64,000 nucleotides of DNA, from IMG/VR virus record IMGVR_UViG_3300010356_003090. One strand, written 5' to 3'. Of the stretch, positions 9,296 through 19,145 are shown one piece after another. Position numbers and translations under genes: made by a program. The notes under the pieces were generated by a model, which was given only the letters and a program-made list of their open reading frames with translations, did not search any database and was not told where the DNA came from. The stretch is from an uncultured virus (IMG/VR IMGVR_UViG_3300010356_003090) (taxonomy: Duplodnaviria; Heunggongvirae; Uroviricota; Caudoviricetes). Within the stretch, counting starts at the first letter, position 1, and every line of letters starts with the position of its first letter.

Positions 9296-9847
9296 ATGGG
9301 TATTCTTGGGCCAAATGGAGCGGTGACGCCCCGCGCACTCGAAGGAATGATCGAAGATGCAGACGATCTCTTTCGATTGTTTCACCAGAAAGAGCCGAAG
9401 AGGGATTATCTCGTACCCGTGATCTGGCCGAAAGAGTGGAGCATTTTAGATTATGCTTCACGGACGGGCTACCTTAGCAACAAATGGCATCGAGATAACA
9501 AGTGGGTCGCTTATACCCACGATCATACGGAGGTTGGAGCGCCCGCCCCCGTGATCTTGATCCCAAGAACGCCCGAACATCGCGGCGTTTTGCAACCTTG
9601 GGGAAAGCGAATTGCGCCGATCCCCGCGCTAACGTGGCTTGCATACTGTCTTGATATAGAATTAGACCGACCCAAGGGGCAAGAAGAACATATCGACTTC
9701 AAAGATATGCCAAAAATGCCCCATCTGTGCGGCGTCAAAAACAAGCGGTATCTGTTTATCGTGTCTCAAGATCCCAAAGATGCGGGAATGATGTTTGCGC
9801 TTTGGTCTCCAAAGATGACAATCACCGCGCATGGCATTGAAAATTAG
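9296..9847 (+). CDS. Conserved-looking hypothetical virion-module protein
   Basis: Globular composition; LFRLFH, YTHDH and terminal GIEN motifs; operonic position. Confidence 0.7.
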   Translation: MGILGPNGAVTPRALEGMIEDADDLFRLFHQKEPKRDYLVPVIWPKEWSILDYASRTGYLSNKWHRDNKWVAYTHDHTEVGAPAPVILIPRTPEHRGVLQPWGKRIAPIPALTWLAYCLDIELDRPKGQEEHIDFKDMPKMPHLCGVKNKRYLFIVSQDPKDAGMMFALWSPKMTITAHGIEN

Positions 9848-9858
9848 GAGAATTCTTT

Positions 9859-10887
9859 ATGGCAAGAGGTTTGTTACCGTTTGGCTACATTTCGGAGGGT
9901 AGAGCGCCAAACCCTGCGCCTATCGGCCAAAGCACTCTTGCTCTTTTGGTGAACCCCTCCGCACCGCCAAAGAGGAAAGGAACAGCGAAAATGGCTGGAA
10001 AAAAAGGCAAAGGCAAGAAGCGCGGTCGTACCCCAAACCAAGAAGCAGCGGCAAAGAAAAAGGGGCGGCCAGCGGGTGCATCAACAAAACATGTCAACAT
10101 CGCCGTTGCCATCGAAGGCACAACCAAGAAGGGCAAGAAGTCGGGAAAAATTGCGGCGTATGAAGCAAAAGGCACTCGTGTCGCCAACGGCAAAAAACGC
10201 GGCAAGCGCAAGAACAACGGCAAAAAACGCGGCAAGCGCAAGAACAACGGTGGTTTGCGTGTCCATAACGTGAACATGGCCGAAATCAAAGCCCTTCTCA
10301 AAGACGATCTTTCAAGCCTCCCCGCTGCACTACCCGCGATCCTTGCGGGCGGCGCTGCATGGGCAACCCCTGGACTGATCTACACCCTGATCCCCAAAGA
10401 AACCCGCGACAACTGGGCAAAAAGCATGGGTGATGGGCAGATGGGGCATGATCGCATGAAAGCGGCGATCTCTGGTGCTGTCTTGATCGCGGCATGGCTT
10501 GGTACAAACAAAGTCGAATTTCTCAAAAAGCAACGTCTGCCTATCGTGTTTGGTTCCGCAATCCGCTTCATCTTCGACCTTGCGGGCGCAATGCTTGGCA
10601 AAGAAGGCATCCAAGGCAACGCCCGCGCATGGATGGGCTTACCGGACGGCAATTACGATCTGCAAGTCGCCGCGACCACAAAAGGCAATTGGGTTCAAAT
10701 GACCCCGCAAGGCGTCGGCGGCAACTTCCAACAGTTTACGCCAAGCCTCGGCGGTTGGGCAAATATGCAGCTCCTCCCGCACGGGATGACGATGCAAGGT
10801 ATGCACAGCGGCATCCGTTCGCAGCACTCACAAGGCGGATATGGCGGCGTTGGTGCGCCTTATTCCGTTCATGGTGGAAGTTTCTAG
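9859..10887 (+). CDS. Basic (histone-like) DNA-binding/membrane core protein
   Basis: RBS AGGAG; K/R-rich N-half with a 30-bp duplication (NGKKRGKRKN x2, 10185-10244), hydrophobic helices, Gly-rich tail. Confidence 0.7.
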   Translation: MARGLLPFGYISEGRAPNPAPIGQSTLALLVNPSAPPKRKGTAKMAGKKGKGKKRGRTPNQEAAAKKKGRPAGASTKHVNIAVAIEGTTKKGKKSGKIAAYEAKGTRVANGKKRGKRKNNGKKRGKRKNNGGLRVHNVNMAEIKALLKDDLSSLPAALPAILAGGAAWATPGLIYTLIPKETRDNWAKSMGDGQMGHDRMKAAISGAVLIAAWLGTNKVEFLKKQRLPIVFGSAIRFIFDLAGAMLGKEGIQGNARAWMGLPDGNYDLQVAATTKGNWVQMTPQGVGGNFQQFTPSLGGWANMQLLPHGMTMQGMHSGIRSQHSQGGYGGVGAPYSVHGGSF

Positions 10888-11068
10888 GCCCGACAACTGA
10901 TCCGTTTCTGATCCGTTTTGCTCTTTCATACGATTCGATAGAAGAGGCCACAAAAAGCCCTTTTCCCAAACATCGGCTTTTTCGCTTGGCAAGGCGCGAG
11001 TGGTCTCTTTTATCGTCCTTTTTCAAACATCCGAGATTTCGGACTCCAACACACGGAGAACATAACAG

Positions 11069-11887
11069 ATGAGCGCATACTCTCCCTATCCTGTCGCTGG
11101 TTTCTATGGCGGCTATCCTTCTCCTGTCCACGGTGGCGCGGCCATGCAGCAAGGGCAAGTTCAGCAGTATATGCCCCAAATGCCCGTTGCGATGCCCCAA
11201 ATTGCGATGCCGATGCGGGTTACAAGCCAAAGCGTCATTCCCGCCTCGCAAACCCCCCGCCTTGGTGATGCAAAAGTCATCCAAAATGAATGGTATGACT
11301 ATCTTCTTTCTGGTTATGGCAAGACCATCTCCGAAGAAGAAGGCATCTTCACAAACCCCGAACGCATCGGCAAGCCACAGCTTACCAACTTCAACAAAGC
11401 GGGCGAATTGTCCAATGACAAGCAATTCGAGATCTGCGCGATCTGGTCGTCGTTTTACTTCGACGATTCCGAAGCCGCCGTCAAGACAGCGGGTGCGCCG
11501 TCTGCAAGCCGTCTGTACGATTTGATCGCGTACTATACGCGGTTGATTCTCCAACAACAAGACTCGTATACAACCGTTTTGCAGGGACATCGTATCCCTG
11601 CGGGTGGTGGCGTGTCGGGTTTTGACGTGAACAGCGGTGCTTTCGTCAAAAACCAAGGCGATGCAAACAGCCAAAACCTCTATCGCTTTGATCAATCCTG
11701 TCGCTACCTCGTTCCCCCTGGACGAACCTTTGCCTTTATCCTCAAGTGGATGTCCCGACTTGACGGCGGCGCGGTGTTCCCCACGGGCTTCAACCCCTTG
11801 CAACGCTTCAACGATGCACTTTCCACCGAAAAGCGCGTTTGTTATGGAGCCGTTGGGATCGAGGTTCGCGACTTCGTGAACGGTTAA
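11069..11887 (+). CDS. Candidate major capsid protein (beta-sandwich/jelly-roll-like, unverified)
   Basis: Strong RBS GGAG and biased codon use; P/Y/Q/M leader then a ~205-aa beta-patterned domain (WYD...IF...TNFNKAGELSNDKQFEICAI). Confidence 0.55.
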   Translation: MSAYSPYPVAGFYGGYPSPVHGGAAMQQGQVQQYMPQMPVAMPQIAMPMRVTSQSVIPASQTPRLGDAKVIQNEWYDYLLSGYGKTISEEEGIFTNPERIGKPQLTNFNKAGELSNDKQFEICAIWSSFYFDDSEAAVKTAGAPSASRLYDLIAYYTRLILQQQDSYTTVLQGHRIPAGGGVSGFDVNSGAFVKNQGDANSQNLYRFDQSCRYLVPPGRTFAFILKWMSRLDGGAVFPTGFNPLQRFNDALSTEKRVCYGAVGIEVRDFVNG

Positions 11888-12049
11888 TTTGCCTTTTGGC
11901 TTTGCCCGCCTCCACGCTCTTTGCCCGCCCCCTTCTCCCTCCTCTTCTCCCTCCCCACCCTTGCCCACCCATCCATCTTGACGCCCAAAGATCCCCGCGA
12001 TATGTGGGGATCTTTGGGGCTTGACTTCACTTCAACGGAGATTTTTAAG

Positions 12050-12928
12050 ATGTCCTTTTATCCTCCATATCCCGTCCAGCCATTCGCGCAAGCGCCGCAA
12101 TATCCGAATCCGATGCAACAGATGCCACAGTATCCGATACCGCAAGCACAGCAGTATCCGATGCCGCAAGCGCCACAGTATCCGATGCCTACGGTCAATC
12201 CTTCACAGCTTGCGCTTGGGCAAAGCCCGCAGCAACAAGCACAGCAAATTATCCAAGGCCAAGCAGACAATCGGATCGAGCGGATTGAAGACTTTATGCG
12301 CCGCCTTGATATGCAGCTTCGCGGGATGCAAGGAAACCTTGCGGGGCCAGCGTTGCGCGTTCGCTTTCCTTCCGAGTACCGTGCAGGGATTATTGAGTAT
12401 CCCGATCTTGTCGCGCATCCCTTCTTTTGGGGGGCGTATGAGATCACGGAAGGCGCACAAGGAAATCTACCCTTTGCAACAGCGGGCGGCCAAGCGTCTT
12501 TTGTGCTGAATCTTGATTTGATTTACAGCTATATCCGACGTGTTCACTTTTTTATGTTTCGATCACAAGCACCAAATGGCGACGGTGCGCCGAATTTGGT
12601 TGTTGGTGATTGGATTCCCGTATCGAGCAAAAACGTGTATGTTCTCGGCCCCACCGACCAAGCGCAAGCCTTTCCGTTTGAATTTCGCCTTCGTTCGGGT
12701 TCAAACGTGGAGCAATGGCAAACGCAATGGATTCCTTCGTCTGTGTTGGAGCGTGTCGATCAAGAGGGTTATCCCCTACCTGTCGAATACAAAGCCTACA
12801 ACAAAGACACGATCACCATCGAAGCGCGGCCCCTTCGCGCACGATTCACGGGCGATACGCAAGATGAGATCGTGCGGTTGTTTGTGGGCTTTTCGGGCTA
12901 TAAGATGTATCAAGAAAAGTCTGCATAA
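12050..12928 (+). CDS. Candidate second capsid protein
   Basis: RBS GGAG before ATG 12050; (PQAPQYPM)n leader, short coiled coil, beta-patterned C-domain (YPLPVEY...DTITIEA...VRLFVGFSGYK). Confidence 0.55.
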   Translation: MSFYPPYPVQPFAQAPQYPNPMQQMPQYPIPQAQQYPMPQAPQYPMPTVNPSQLALGQSPQQQAQQIIQGQADNRIERIEDFMRRLDMQLRGMQGNLAGPALRVRFPSEYRAGIIEYPDLVAHPFFWGAYEITEGAQGNLPFATAGGQASFVLNLDLIYSYIRRVHFFMFRSQAPNGDGAPNLVVGDWIPVSSKNVYVLGPTDQAQAFPFEFRLRSGSNVEQWQTQWIPSSVLERVDQEGYPLPVEYKAYNKDTITIEARPLRARFTGDTQDEIVRLFVGFSGYKMYQEKSA

Positions 12929-12981
12929 GTCGGATTGTTCGCAGGGAACATCGAATTATCAGGCGAAAGGGATAGCTTGCC

Positions 12982-13671
12982 ATGTTGAACCACCCAAGCC
13001 CGCAAACCCTCCAAGCCCCGACTCGTGCAGCGGATCAAGACTGGAAGCAATACCTTGACTTGTCGTATCGAGATTGGCGATGGACAAACGCCCCAAATAG
13101 CCGTCCTTTCTTTGTTCAAGGGCGTGTTGAAGGCATCATTCAAGCTGGTTTGCCCGCGAATGGACGGCGAATTGTGCTTGCAGAGTACAATTGCAACGTG
13201 GGCGAATTTGTGGTTGTGCAACACGCGGGCGTTGAGGCGTATTTTCGCACACCGAATCAAGCCCTTGGAACGCCAAGCACACGCATCCCGCCAGCCGATC
13301 TAGGAATGGGGGTGTTTTGGGAAGTGACATGGCGGCGGATCACGGAAAATGCGGGCTTGCAAGCAAGCGCGGCATTGCGCGATCTTGAGGGGCTTATTTT
13401 GGGCGATCCACAAAACGGCTTCACGCAAATGTCCCATTTGTCGATCAATGAGGGCTGGTTTCCGCTGGACTTTGAAGATAAGGGTGTCTTGTCGCTGACT
13501 TTGAACATCCAAAATCTCGGTGTGTACAGCGAAAACGCAATTTTGTTCTTTCAAGGCCGCATGGGTGGCTATGCCTCGCTTATCCCTTCATCGCGACAAG
13601 ATCGCGCGTACCCTTACGGAAAAAAAGCGGGCGGAACCGTCCCGCAATGGAACCCCCTAGATCGCGGGTAG
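12982..13671 (+). CDS. Candidate minor capsid/penton-like protein
   Basis: Beta-patterned sequence with a similar ending (LSLTLNI...FFQGRMGGY); follows the two capsid candidates. Confidence 0.5.
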   Translation: MLNHPSPQTLQAPTRAADQDWKQYLDLSYRDWRWTNAPNSRPFFVQGRVEGIIQAGLPANGRRIVLAEYNCNVGEFVVVQHAGVEAYFRTPNQALGTPSTRIPPADLGMGVFWEVTWRRITENAGLQASAALRDLEGLILGDPQNGFTQMSHLSINEGWFPLDFEDKGVLSLTLNIQNLGVYSENAILFFQGRMGGYASLIPSSRQDRAYPYGKKAGGTVPQWNPLDRG

Positions 13672-13796
13672 GCGAAAAAGCCTCTTTGCTTGCGATTTGA
13701 GCGCAATTGAATCAAAAACAAACCTTCCCCCTTCTTGTCTCTACAGAAATAGACTCAAGGCGCGGGAAAGCACGAAATACGAAAGGCAAGGAAACA

Positions 13797-14378
13797 ATGG
13801 CAAGACGAAAAAACAAACGGCGCAAGCCGAACGAATCCAAGGGCGGCGGCTTTGGTGTCCTTTTGGCGGTGGTTGGCGTGGGAGCCGTGGCGATGATGGC
13901 GATGAGTGGCGGTGATGCAGGGACACCGATCACAGCACTCACGCCCGAACAACACGCCCGAATCAAGGCCGTTTTGGATGCGTGTATTCCTGCGGGGCTT
14001 GTTCCCGAACCGTGGCGGGCGGCGGTCGCGCAGAATCCGAACTTGCTTCTTGAGATCGGCAAGTCAACGGGAATGACCAATTGGCGGGCGCTTTCGTATC
14101 TTTTCGTGTATCTGATCTTGTATGGTTACGTTGTGGCCGCAAGTGCGGCAAACGCCGAATATACGAACGTCCAGACCGTGATCAATGCTGCAATTGCGGC
14201 ACTCAAAAAACGTGCAGATGCCGAAAAATCATCCTTTCAAGCGATGATGATTTATGAGCTCCGACACGAAAACGACAAGGCGTTGAACGCGCTTGTGGCT
14301 GCAAATGTGATCGATGCAAGCTATGCCGCACAATGGAAGGCGGCAATTCAAAAGATGATCGCGATGGAGCCGCTGTAA
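13797..14378 (+). CDS. Membrane protein with basic N-terminus and signal-anchor
   Basis: MARRKNKRRKPNESK followed by a TM segment; RBS AAGGA. Confidence 0.75.
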   Translation: MARRKNKRRKPNESKGGGFGVLLAVVGVGAVAMMAMSGGDAGTPITALTPEQHARIKAVLDACIPAGLVPEPWRAAVAQNPNLLLEIGKSTGMTNWRALSYLFVYLILYGYVVAASAANAEYTNVQTVINAAIAALKKRADAEKSSFQAMMIYELRHENDKALNALVAANVIDASYAAQWKAAIQKMIAMEPL

Positions 14379-14419
14379 CCGTTGTTTTTGTGCAAAAAGC
14401 AATCTGACAAAAGGAGAGT

Positions 14420-16099
14420 GTGGCGATGGGGCGCAAGCGCAAAAAGAACGAATCCAAGAGCGAAAACACGGCGGCGCTAGGTCTCGGAATTGCGGCGTTA
14501 GCGGTGGGTGGCCTGTTTTTGATGGCGGGTGGTTCGGAAGATTCCAAAGATAAAATCCTTGAAGACGTGAATCAATCGCCCGCAAAGGACTGGTCAAAGG
14601 TGAGCATTGATCCCGACAAAGTGCCAGAACTAGATCAAGCACACTTGCCAAACCACGGGGTAATGCTTGCGCCCAACGGTCAAGCCATTGTGCCGAATGT
14701 CAACGATCAAGGTACACAGGGATCGCTAGAATGGAACGCTGCTCGAACCTACGAGGAGCGATTCATCGACAAATGGAAGATCCCCAAGACTTACAACGCA
14801 AAAGACTTCACCGCATTGATCAAGAACGGCGCAACGGGCGTCTTCAAATTTCCGCTTGTGAACAAGGTACGACTAAACCCCGTCACCGCCGATCTTTATG
14901 GAGACATCGAGGCGAGACGATTCACGATTCTGATCGAGTCGATGGACGATCTCGAACACTTGGAAGTCTTCTTAGCCTGTTTGATGATCGCGACCTTCAA
15001 TCCAACACAAGGCGCACCCGATGCAACCGCGATTGATGGGGTCAAACAGATGTTCGAGTGTTTCGGCTATCATCGCTTTGTTTTGCCCGAAAACACCGCA
15101 ACTTTCCAAACCATGCTAGGGCTATCTCGGATCTTGCCAAGAAGCGAGCAAGCGTGGGTGATGGCGTCTCGCATGGATGCAGCGGGGCAGCGTGTGGATG
15201 ACGAATCGATCAAGCGTTATATCCGCAACGGTTGGGGGTGGGGAATTCCAAGCGAATGTATCCCCTACTTTCGAGAGGGCTTTTTTAACGAGTCCACGTT
15301 TGGACGCGACGAAAACAAACCAACGGGCAAGCGGTTTGCTGAATTGAGCGAACAGGAAGCGCAAGCGGTCAATGCCGCGTTCTTGGACGGCAATATGTTG
15401 ATCCTTGAACGTGCGGCAATTCGTTTTTCTAACGTGGTGATGATGCTTTGCGCGGGTGGCTCGGTATCCAGCGCACAAAACATCTTGGGGCGCGTGGGAA
15501 CAACCTTACTTGCACTTGGCGCAGGGACAGCGGGCGCGTTTGCGGGTGACTTCAAAGGCTTGATCGCAGGAGCGACCGAGGGGATCAAGCTATTGATTGA
15601 TCTCTTTGCGTCAGCGGATAAGGCCGAACAGAACAACAAAGCAGCGCAAAACATGATCGACGCGCACATCCTGCGCGTAATGGAAAAGATGAACCGAAGC
15701 CATACGCAATTCCTCGGCTATCGCTTGCGTACAGAAGCCAATTGGAGCGGATTTCGGATCGGCCCAAGTCGAACGCTTGCCCGCTACTTGCGCAATTTTG
15801 TACTGCAACGAGACGGCTTGTTTGCGGGGTGTGGCGCTGTGTTGTATCCGCAAATTTCCATGTTTTTACGGATGCCCAAATTCGGAGTGATCGCCTATGC
15901 GGGCAATCAAGACAATTTCGGCGTGGTTCTACGCTACGATTCCACCGCAAAACACACGGGGCTTTATCCGATTGGTTGGGTTCCGTTCAAGATCACCCAT
16001 GCCGATCAAATGGTGGAATTCATCGACTACACCGAACCAAAGAGTGTGCGATTGGATGAATTTGATCTTGGCGTCAAGTCTTTGAAGTTTGGAAAATAG
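14420..16099 (+). CDS. Membrane-anchored hypothetical virion protein
   Basis: RKRKKNESK followed by TM; second Gly/Ala hydrophobic hairpin. Confidence 0.75.
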   Translation: MAMGRKRKKNESKSENTAALGLGIAALAVGGLFLMAGGSEDSKDKILEDVNQSPAKDWSKVSIDPDKVPELDQAHLPNHGVMLAPNGQAIVPNVNDQGTQGSLEWNAARTYEERFIDKWKIPKTYNAKDFTALIKNGATGVFKFPLVNKVRLNPVTADLYGDIEARRFTILIESMDDLEHLEVFLACLMIATFNPTQGAPDATAIDGVKQMFECFGYHRFVLPENTATFQTMLGLSRILPRSEQAWVMASRMDAAGQRVDDESIKRYIRNGWGWGIPSECIPYFREGFFNESTFGRDENKPTGKRFAELSEQEAQAVNAAFLDGNMLILERAAIRFSNVVMMLCAGGSVSSAQNILGRVGTTLLALGAGTAGAFAGDFKGLIAGATEGIKLLIDLFASADKAEQNNKAAQNMIDAHILRVMEKMNRSHTQFLGYRLRTEANWSGFRIGPSRTLARYLRNFVLQRDGLFAGCGAVLYPQISMFLRMPKFGVIAYAGNQDNFGVVLRYDSTAKHTGLYPIGWVPFKITHADQMVEFIDYTEPKSVRLDEFDLGVKSLKFGK

Positions 16100-16120
16100 C
16101 AAGCGGTGGAGGTTTTGGCG

Positions 16121-18415
16121 ATGCGTTATGTTGTAAGGCAAGGAAACAAAGAAACGGTGTGCGAATTTCGCGGCGTTGTCGAGACAGATCGCGGGGCAAT
16201 GCTCAAAATGCGCCCTATCAAGGGGAAAAAAGACTTTTTGGCATCCCCTCAAGATGTTTCTACCGAACAGCAAAGGCAGCGCAACCCAAGCCCTACAGGA
16301 GATCAAGAGATGAATACACGGCGCAATAACCCTTACGGCACGTTCAAAGATGGACGCTATGGCTTTTGGGTGCGTGAACTGAAAAAAGGCGAGAAGTCCA
16401 GCAAAGAAGCTGTCTTGAAAGATGGGCGGCGTGTTGTTTTGGTGCGTGAGATCGAACAAGAACTTGAAGATCAAGACTGGGTACAAGATCTTGAGGACGA
16501 ATGGGACAGCAAGATCCAGCGAGGCGGACGGCGCAATAACCCATACGGTGTGTTAAAAGACGGTCGGCCCGTTCTTTACGTCAAAGAGTATCATCCCTCG
16601 GGAGTTTGGATGGATGGCGACACGGTGATCCGCCCCAAAAACACAGGCGACATTCTCACCGAATTGACGGGCTATCCGATCCGATGGTTTCAGGGGATCG
16701 GCTTTGTGATCTTGAGTGGTTTGAGCAAAATTCTACCAAAAGGCGTTGTGACCAAAGTCAACAAAAAGATGGAGTCTGCCACTTATCAAAAGCTGGACGC
16801 GGACGAGAAAGTGCAGGATGTGTACGCGCTGATCAAGGACGAATTGGCGAAGCGTTTGAAGGACGAGCGCAAAGATAAGTTTGCAAAAGGTGTTTGGGCG
16901 ACAACAAAGAAAGAAGAAAAAGACCTGTTTTATCGGGACTTTTTTGGCGAAGCGTTGGCAGGGAGAAACACCACAGAAGCAATCGAACGCATGGGCTACC
17001 ATATTAGCTTGCGTAATCGAATGATTCTCAAAGGTCGCCTTGGTGAATTTTTGCGCGAACATCCCGAAGTGATCGAACAATTGGCGCAAGGTGGACGGAT
17101 CGGCCCTGACACGTTGAGCGACATCGAGCAACACGCTTACAAATTGGGCTATGCAGATGTGCAAGTCAAAAAAGACGCCCGAAACCGTGCGCAAGTCGAA
17201 TTGGTCAAGCCGCGCTACCAAGAACTTGATCGCGATCTTCGTGAAATTATCCCATACATCGCACCCCAACAACCGCCACGCGCAAACAACCCATACATCT
17301 CTTTTATGGCTCCACGCAGCGGGACGGATGGCGGCACACAACACCGAGAACGCGGGTATGTGGACTTTGGATCTAACACTTACACCCCAATTGCGGGATC
17401 AAAGTGGTTTGAAGAAGGGACAAGATTCGACTTTGCGGACAATGTGGACTCTTCGCGCAATTTGCTGAAAGCCGCGTCGTTGCTTGCTTTTGCTGAATCT
17501 TCGATGTCTCCAAAGGCGAAGATGGAGGCAAACCGCCAATTCTTTGAATTCGTCCAGCGCGGTGGAGCCTCCATGACCAACAAGGAATTTACCGAATTTA
17601 TCGCATACTTGGCGCAAAACAGCGAAGGCTTGATCCAAGGCAAAGCAAGCAAACTCAAGAAGTCCGCCAAGTGGGAAGAAGTCGAGGGCGATCCTGTCAC
17701 CATTCTGTCCAGCGTTGGAAGCAAGGCCAAAACGCCACGAGTGAAAAAGGCCGTGGAGAAGGCCGTAGAAGCCGTGGAAGCCGTGGAAGCCGCTACGTCG
17801 GTTGTTGCACAAGCAGCCCAAGAAGTGACCAAGGCAAAGCGCAAGGTCAAGCAAGCCGTGGAAGTGGCGGAAAAGGCCCAAGAAGAAGCGATCAAGGCAG
17901 AGGAAAAGGCAGAGAATGCCCCAACGCCCCAAAACGAAGCCAAGGCCACGGAAAAGAAGACTCGCGCCAAGAAAGCAAAGAAAGTCGTGGAAGAGATCAA
18001 GCAAGAAGTCAAAGAAGCCGTTGCGGATCTGCAAGAAGCCAAGCAAGAGGCGATTGAAGCCAAAGCGGAAGCCGTGGAAGCGGTGGAGAAAGCGGCAGAA
18101 GTGATCGAGGCAAGCGAACCCGCGTTGATCGCGCAGGTTCCCGCACTTGAAGCCGTTGCGCAACAAGTCGAGACTTCAACAGATGCGATGCTTGCAGCAA
18201 GTTTAGGCGGTGGTGGCGCGTCTGCCCCGATCTCTGCATCCGAAGCGATGGCACTTGCCGACGCCGAAGCGAAGGCAAAAACGGCGGCACGATTCAAGAA
18301 GAAGTCACCCGCAACCCCGCTCTCTCCGATCACTCCAACGGTCTATGCTCCACCCGAACCGCAAAAATCACAAGAAGAGATAGACCGCGAAATGTTTGCA
18401 GCCCTTGGATTGTAA
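16121..18415 (+). CDS. Modular protein with four RxxNP motifs and an Ala/Glu/Lys coiled-coil tail
   Basis: RQRNP, RRNNP x2, RANNP; repeated (L/F)KDGR modules; RBS GGAGG. Confidence 0.8.
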   Translation: MRYVVRQGNKETVCEFRGVVETDRGAMLKMRPIKGKKDFLASPQDVSTEQQRQRNPSPTGDQEMNTRRNNPYGTFKDGRYGFWVRELKKGEKSSKEAVLKDGRRVVLVREIEQELEDQDWVQDLEDEWDSKIQRGGRRNNPYGVLKDGRPVLYVKEYHPSGVWMDGDTVIRPKNTGDILTELTGYPIRWFQGIGFVILSGLSKILPKGVVTKVNKKMESATYQKLDADEKVQDVYALIKDELAKRLKDERKDKFAKGVWATTKKEEKDLFYRDFFGEALAGRNTTEAIERMGYHISLRNRMILKGRLGEFLREHPEVIEQLAQGGRIGPDTLSDIEQHAYKLGYADVQVKKDARNRAQVELVKPRYQELDRDLREIIPYIAPQQPPRANNPYISFMAPRSGTDGGTQHRERGYVDFGSNTYTPIAGSKWFEEGTRFDFADNVDSSRNLLKAASLLAFAESSMSPKAKMEANRQFFEFVQRGGASMTNKEFTEFIAYLAQNSEGLIQGKASKLKKSAKWEEVEGDPVTILSSVGSKAKTPRVKKAVEKAVEAVEAVEAATSVVAQAAQEVTKAKRKVKQAVEVAEKAQEEAIKAEEKAENAPTPQNEAKATEKKTRAKKAKKVVEEIKQEVKEAVADLQEAKQEAIEAKAEAVEAVEKAAEVIEASEPALIAQVPALEAVAQQVETSTDAMLAASLGGGGASAPISASEAMALADAEAKAKTAARFKKKSPATPLSPITPTVYAPPEPQKSQEEIDREMFAALGL

Positions 18416-18451
18416 TCTCGGCAAATCCGCTCAATTTGGAAGGTCAAAGGC

Positions 18452-19045
18452 ATGAATTATCGACCATATCGACAAAGTGCATACGATCCGATGCGTTTGA
18501 ACAACCGCTTGCCGAATCAATGGTATGATCCCCGCGCATCGAATCCATACCACCACCGAACCCGCAATTCGTTTGCTTGGAGGATGCGCAACCCGCCAAC
18601 ATTCGCAGATCTTCTCCCTGAAATGCAGGAGGCCGCAAGGGATCAAGTTCAAGAATTTCTGCGCCTTGTTCCCGAAAAGCTGCGCCTTGCCGCAAAAAAC
18701 GAAGCGCACTATCAAGAACTGTTGAGCGCATTTTATCGAAATCAGCAGGTTGTAGAAGAGAAAAAACTTGCGCAAGCTGTCAGCGACGTGATCGAACTCG
18801 CCCGCGAGGGTGGATATCCAGATCACGAGATCTTTCACGTTCCCGCATCTACAACCCCCGCGATGATCGATGTTGCGCCCCCCTATGAAGCCCCACCACC
18901 CATGATGCCAAGTATCTCCGAACCTCCCCCCATCCCCCCACAAACCCTTGAAGGCTTGGATCAAGCCCAACGTGCGTTGCTGGACGCCGTACTGCAAGAG
19001 ATCCCCGTTGTTGTTGCGGAAATGGCTCAAGAGGGGCTTATCTAA
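18452..19045 (+). CDS. Hypothetical protein (RxxNP-tagged N-terminus)
   Basis: RASNP and RMRNP in an R/N/P/Y-rich leader. Confidence 0.75.
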   Translation: MNYRPYRQSAYDPMRLNNRLPNQWYDPRASNPYHHRTRNSFAWRMRNPPTFADLLPEMQEAARDQVQEFLRLVPEKLRLAAKNEAHYQELLSAFYRNQQVVEEKKLAQAVSDVIELAREGGYPDHEIFHVPASTTPAMIDVAPPYEAPPPMMPSISEPPPIPPQTLEGLDQAQRALLDAVLQEIPVVVAEMAQEGLI

Positions 19046-19145
19046 GCAAAGAGAGGGGATTGCAAGATGTTGATGTTGAAAGATGTCTTGACGGCAGCAC
19101 TTGAACACCTTGCTTTGATGACTTGAGTACAAGGGACGAAACAAG

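Noticed and set aside
17380..18333. Long antisense ORFs (also 10736-11968 and 51074-52033)
   Set aside because: Shadows of codon-biased + strand genes.
16121..18415. Tape-measure or tailed-phage module
   Set aside because: The Ala/Glu/Lys coil is only the C-terminal third, and no tail, portal or terminase genes accompany it.
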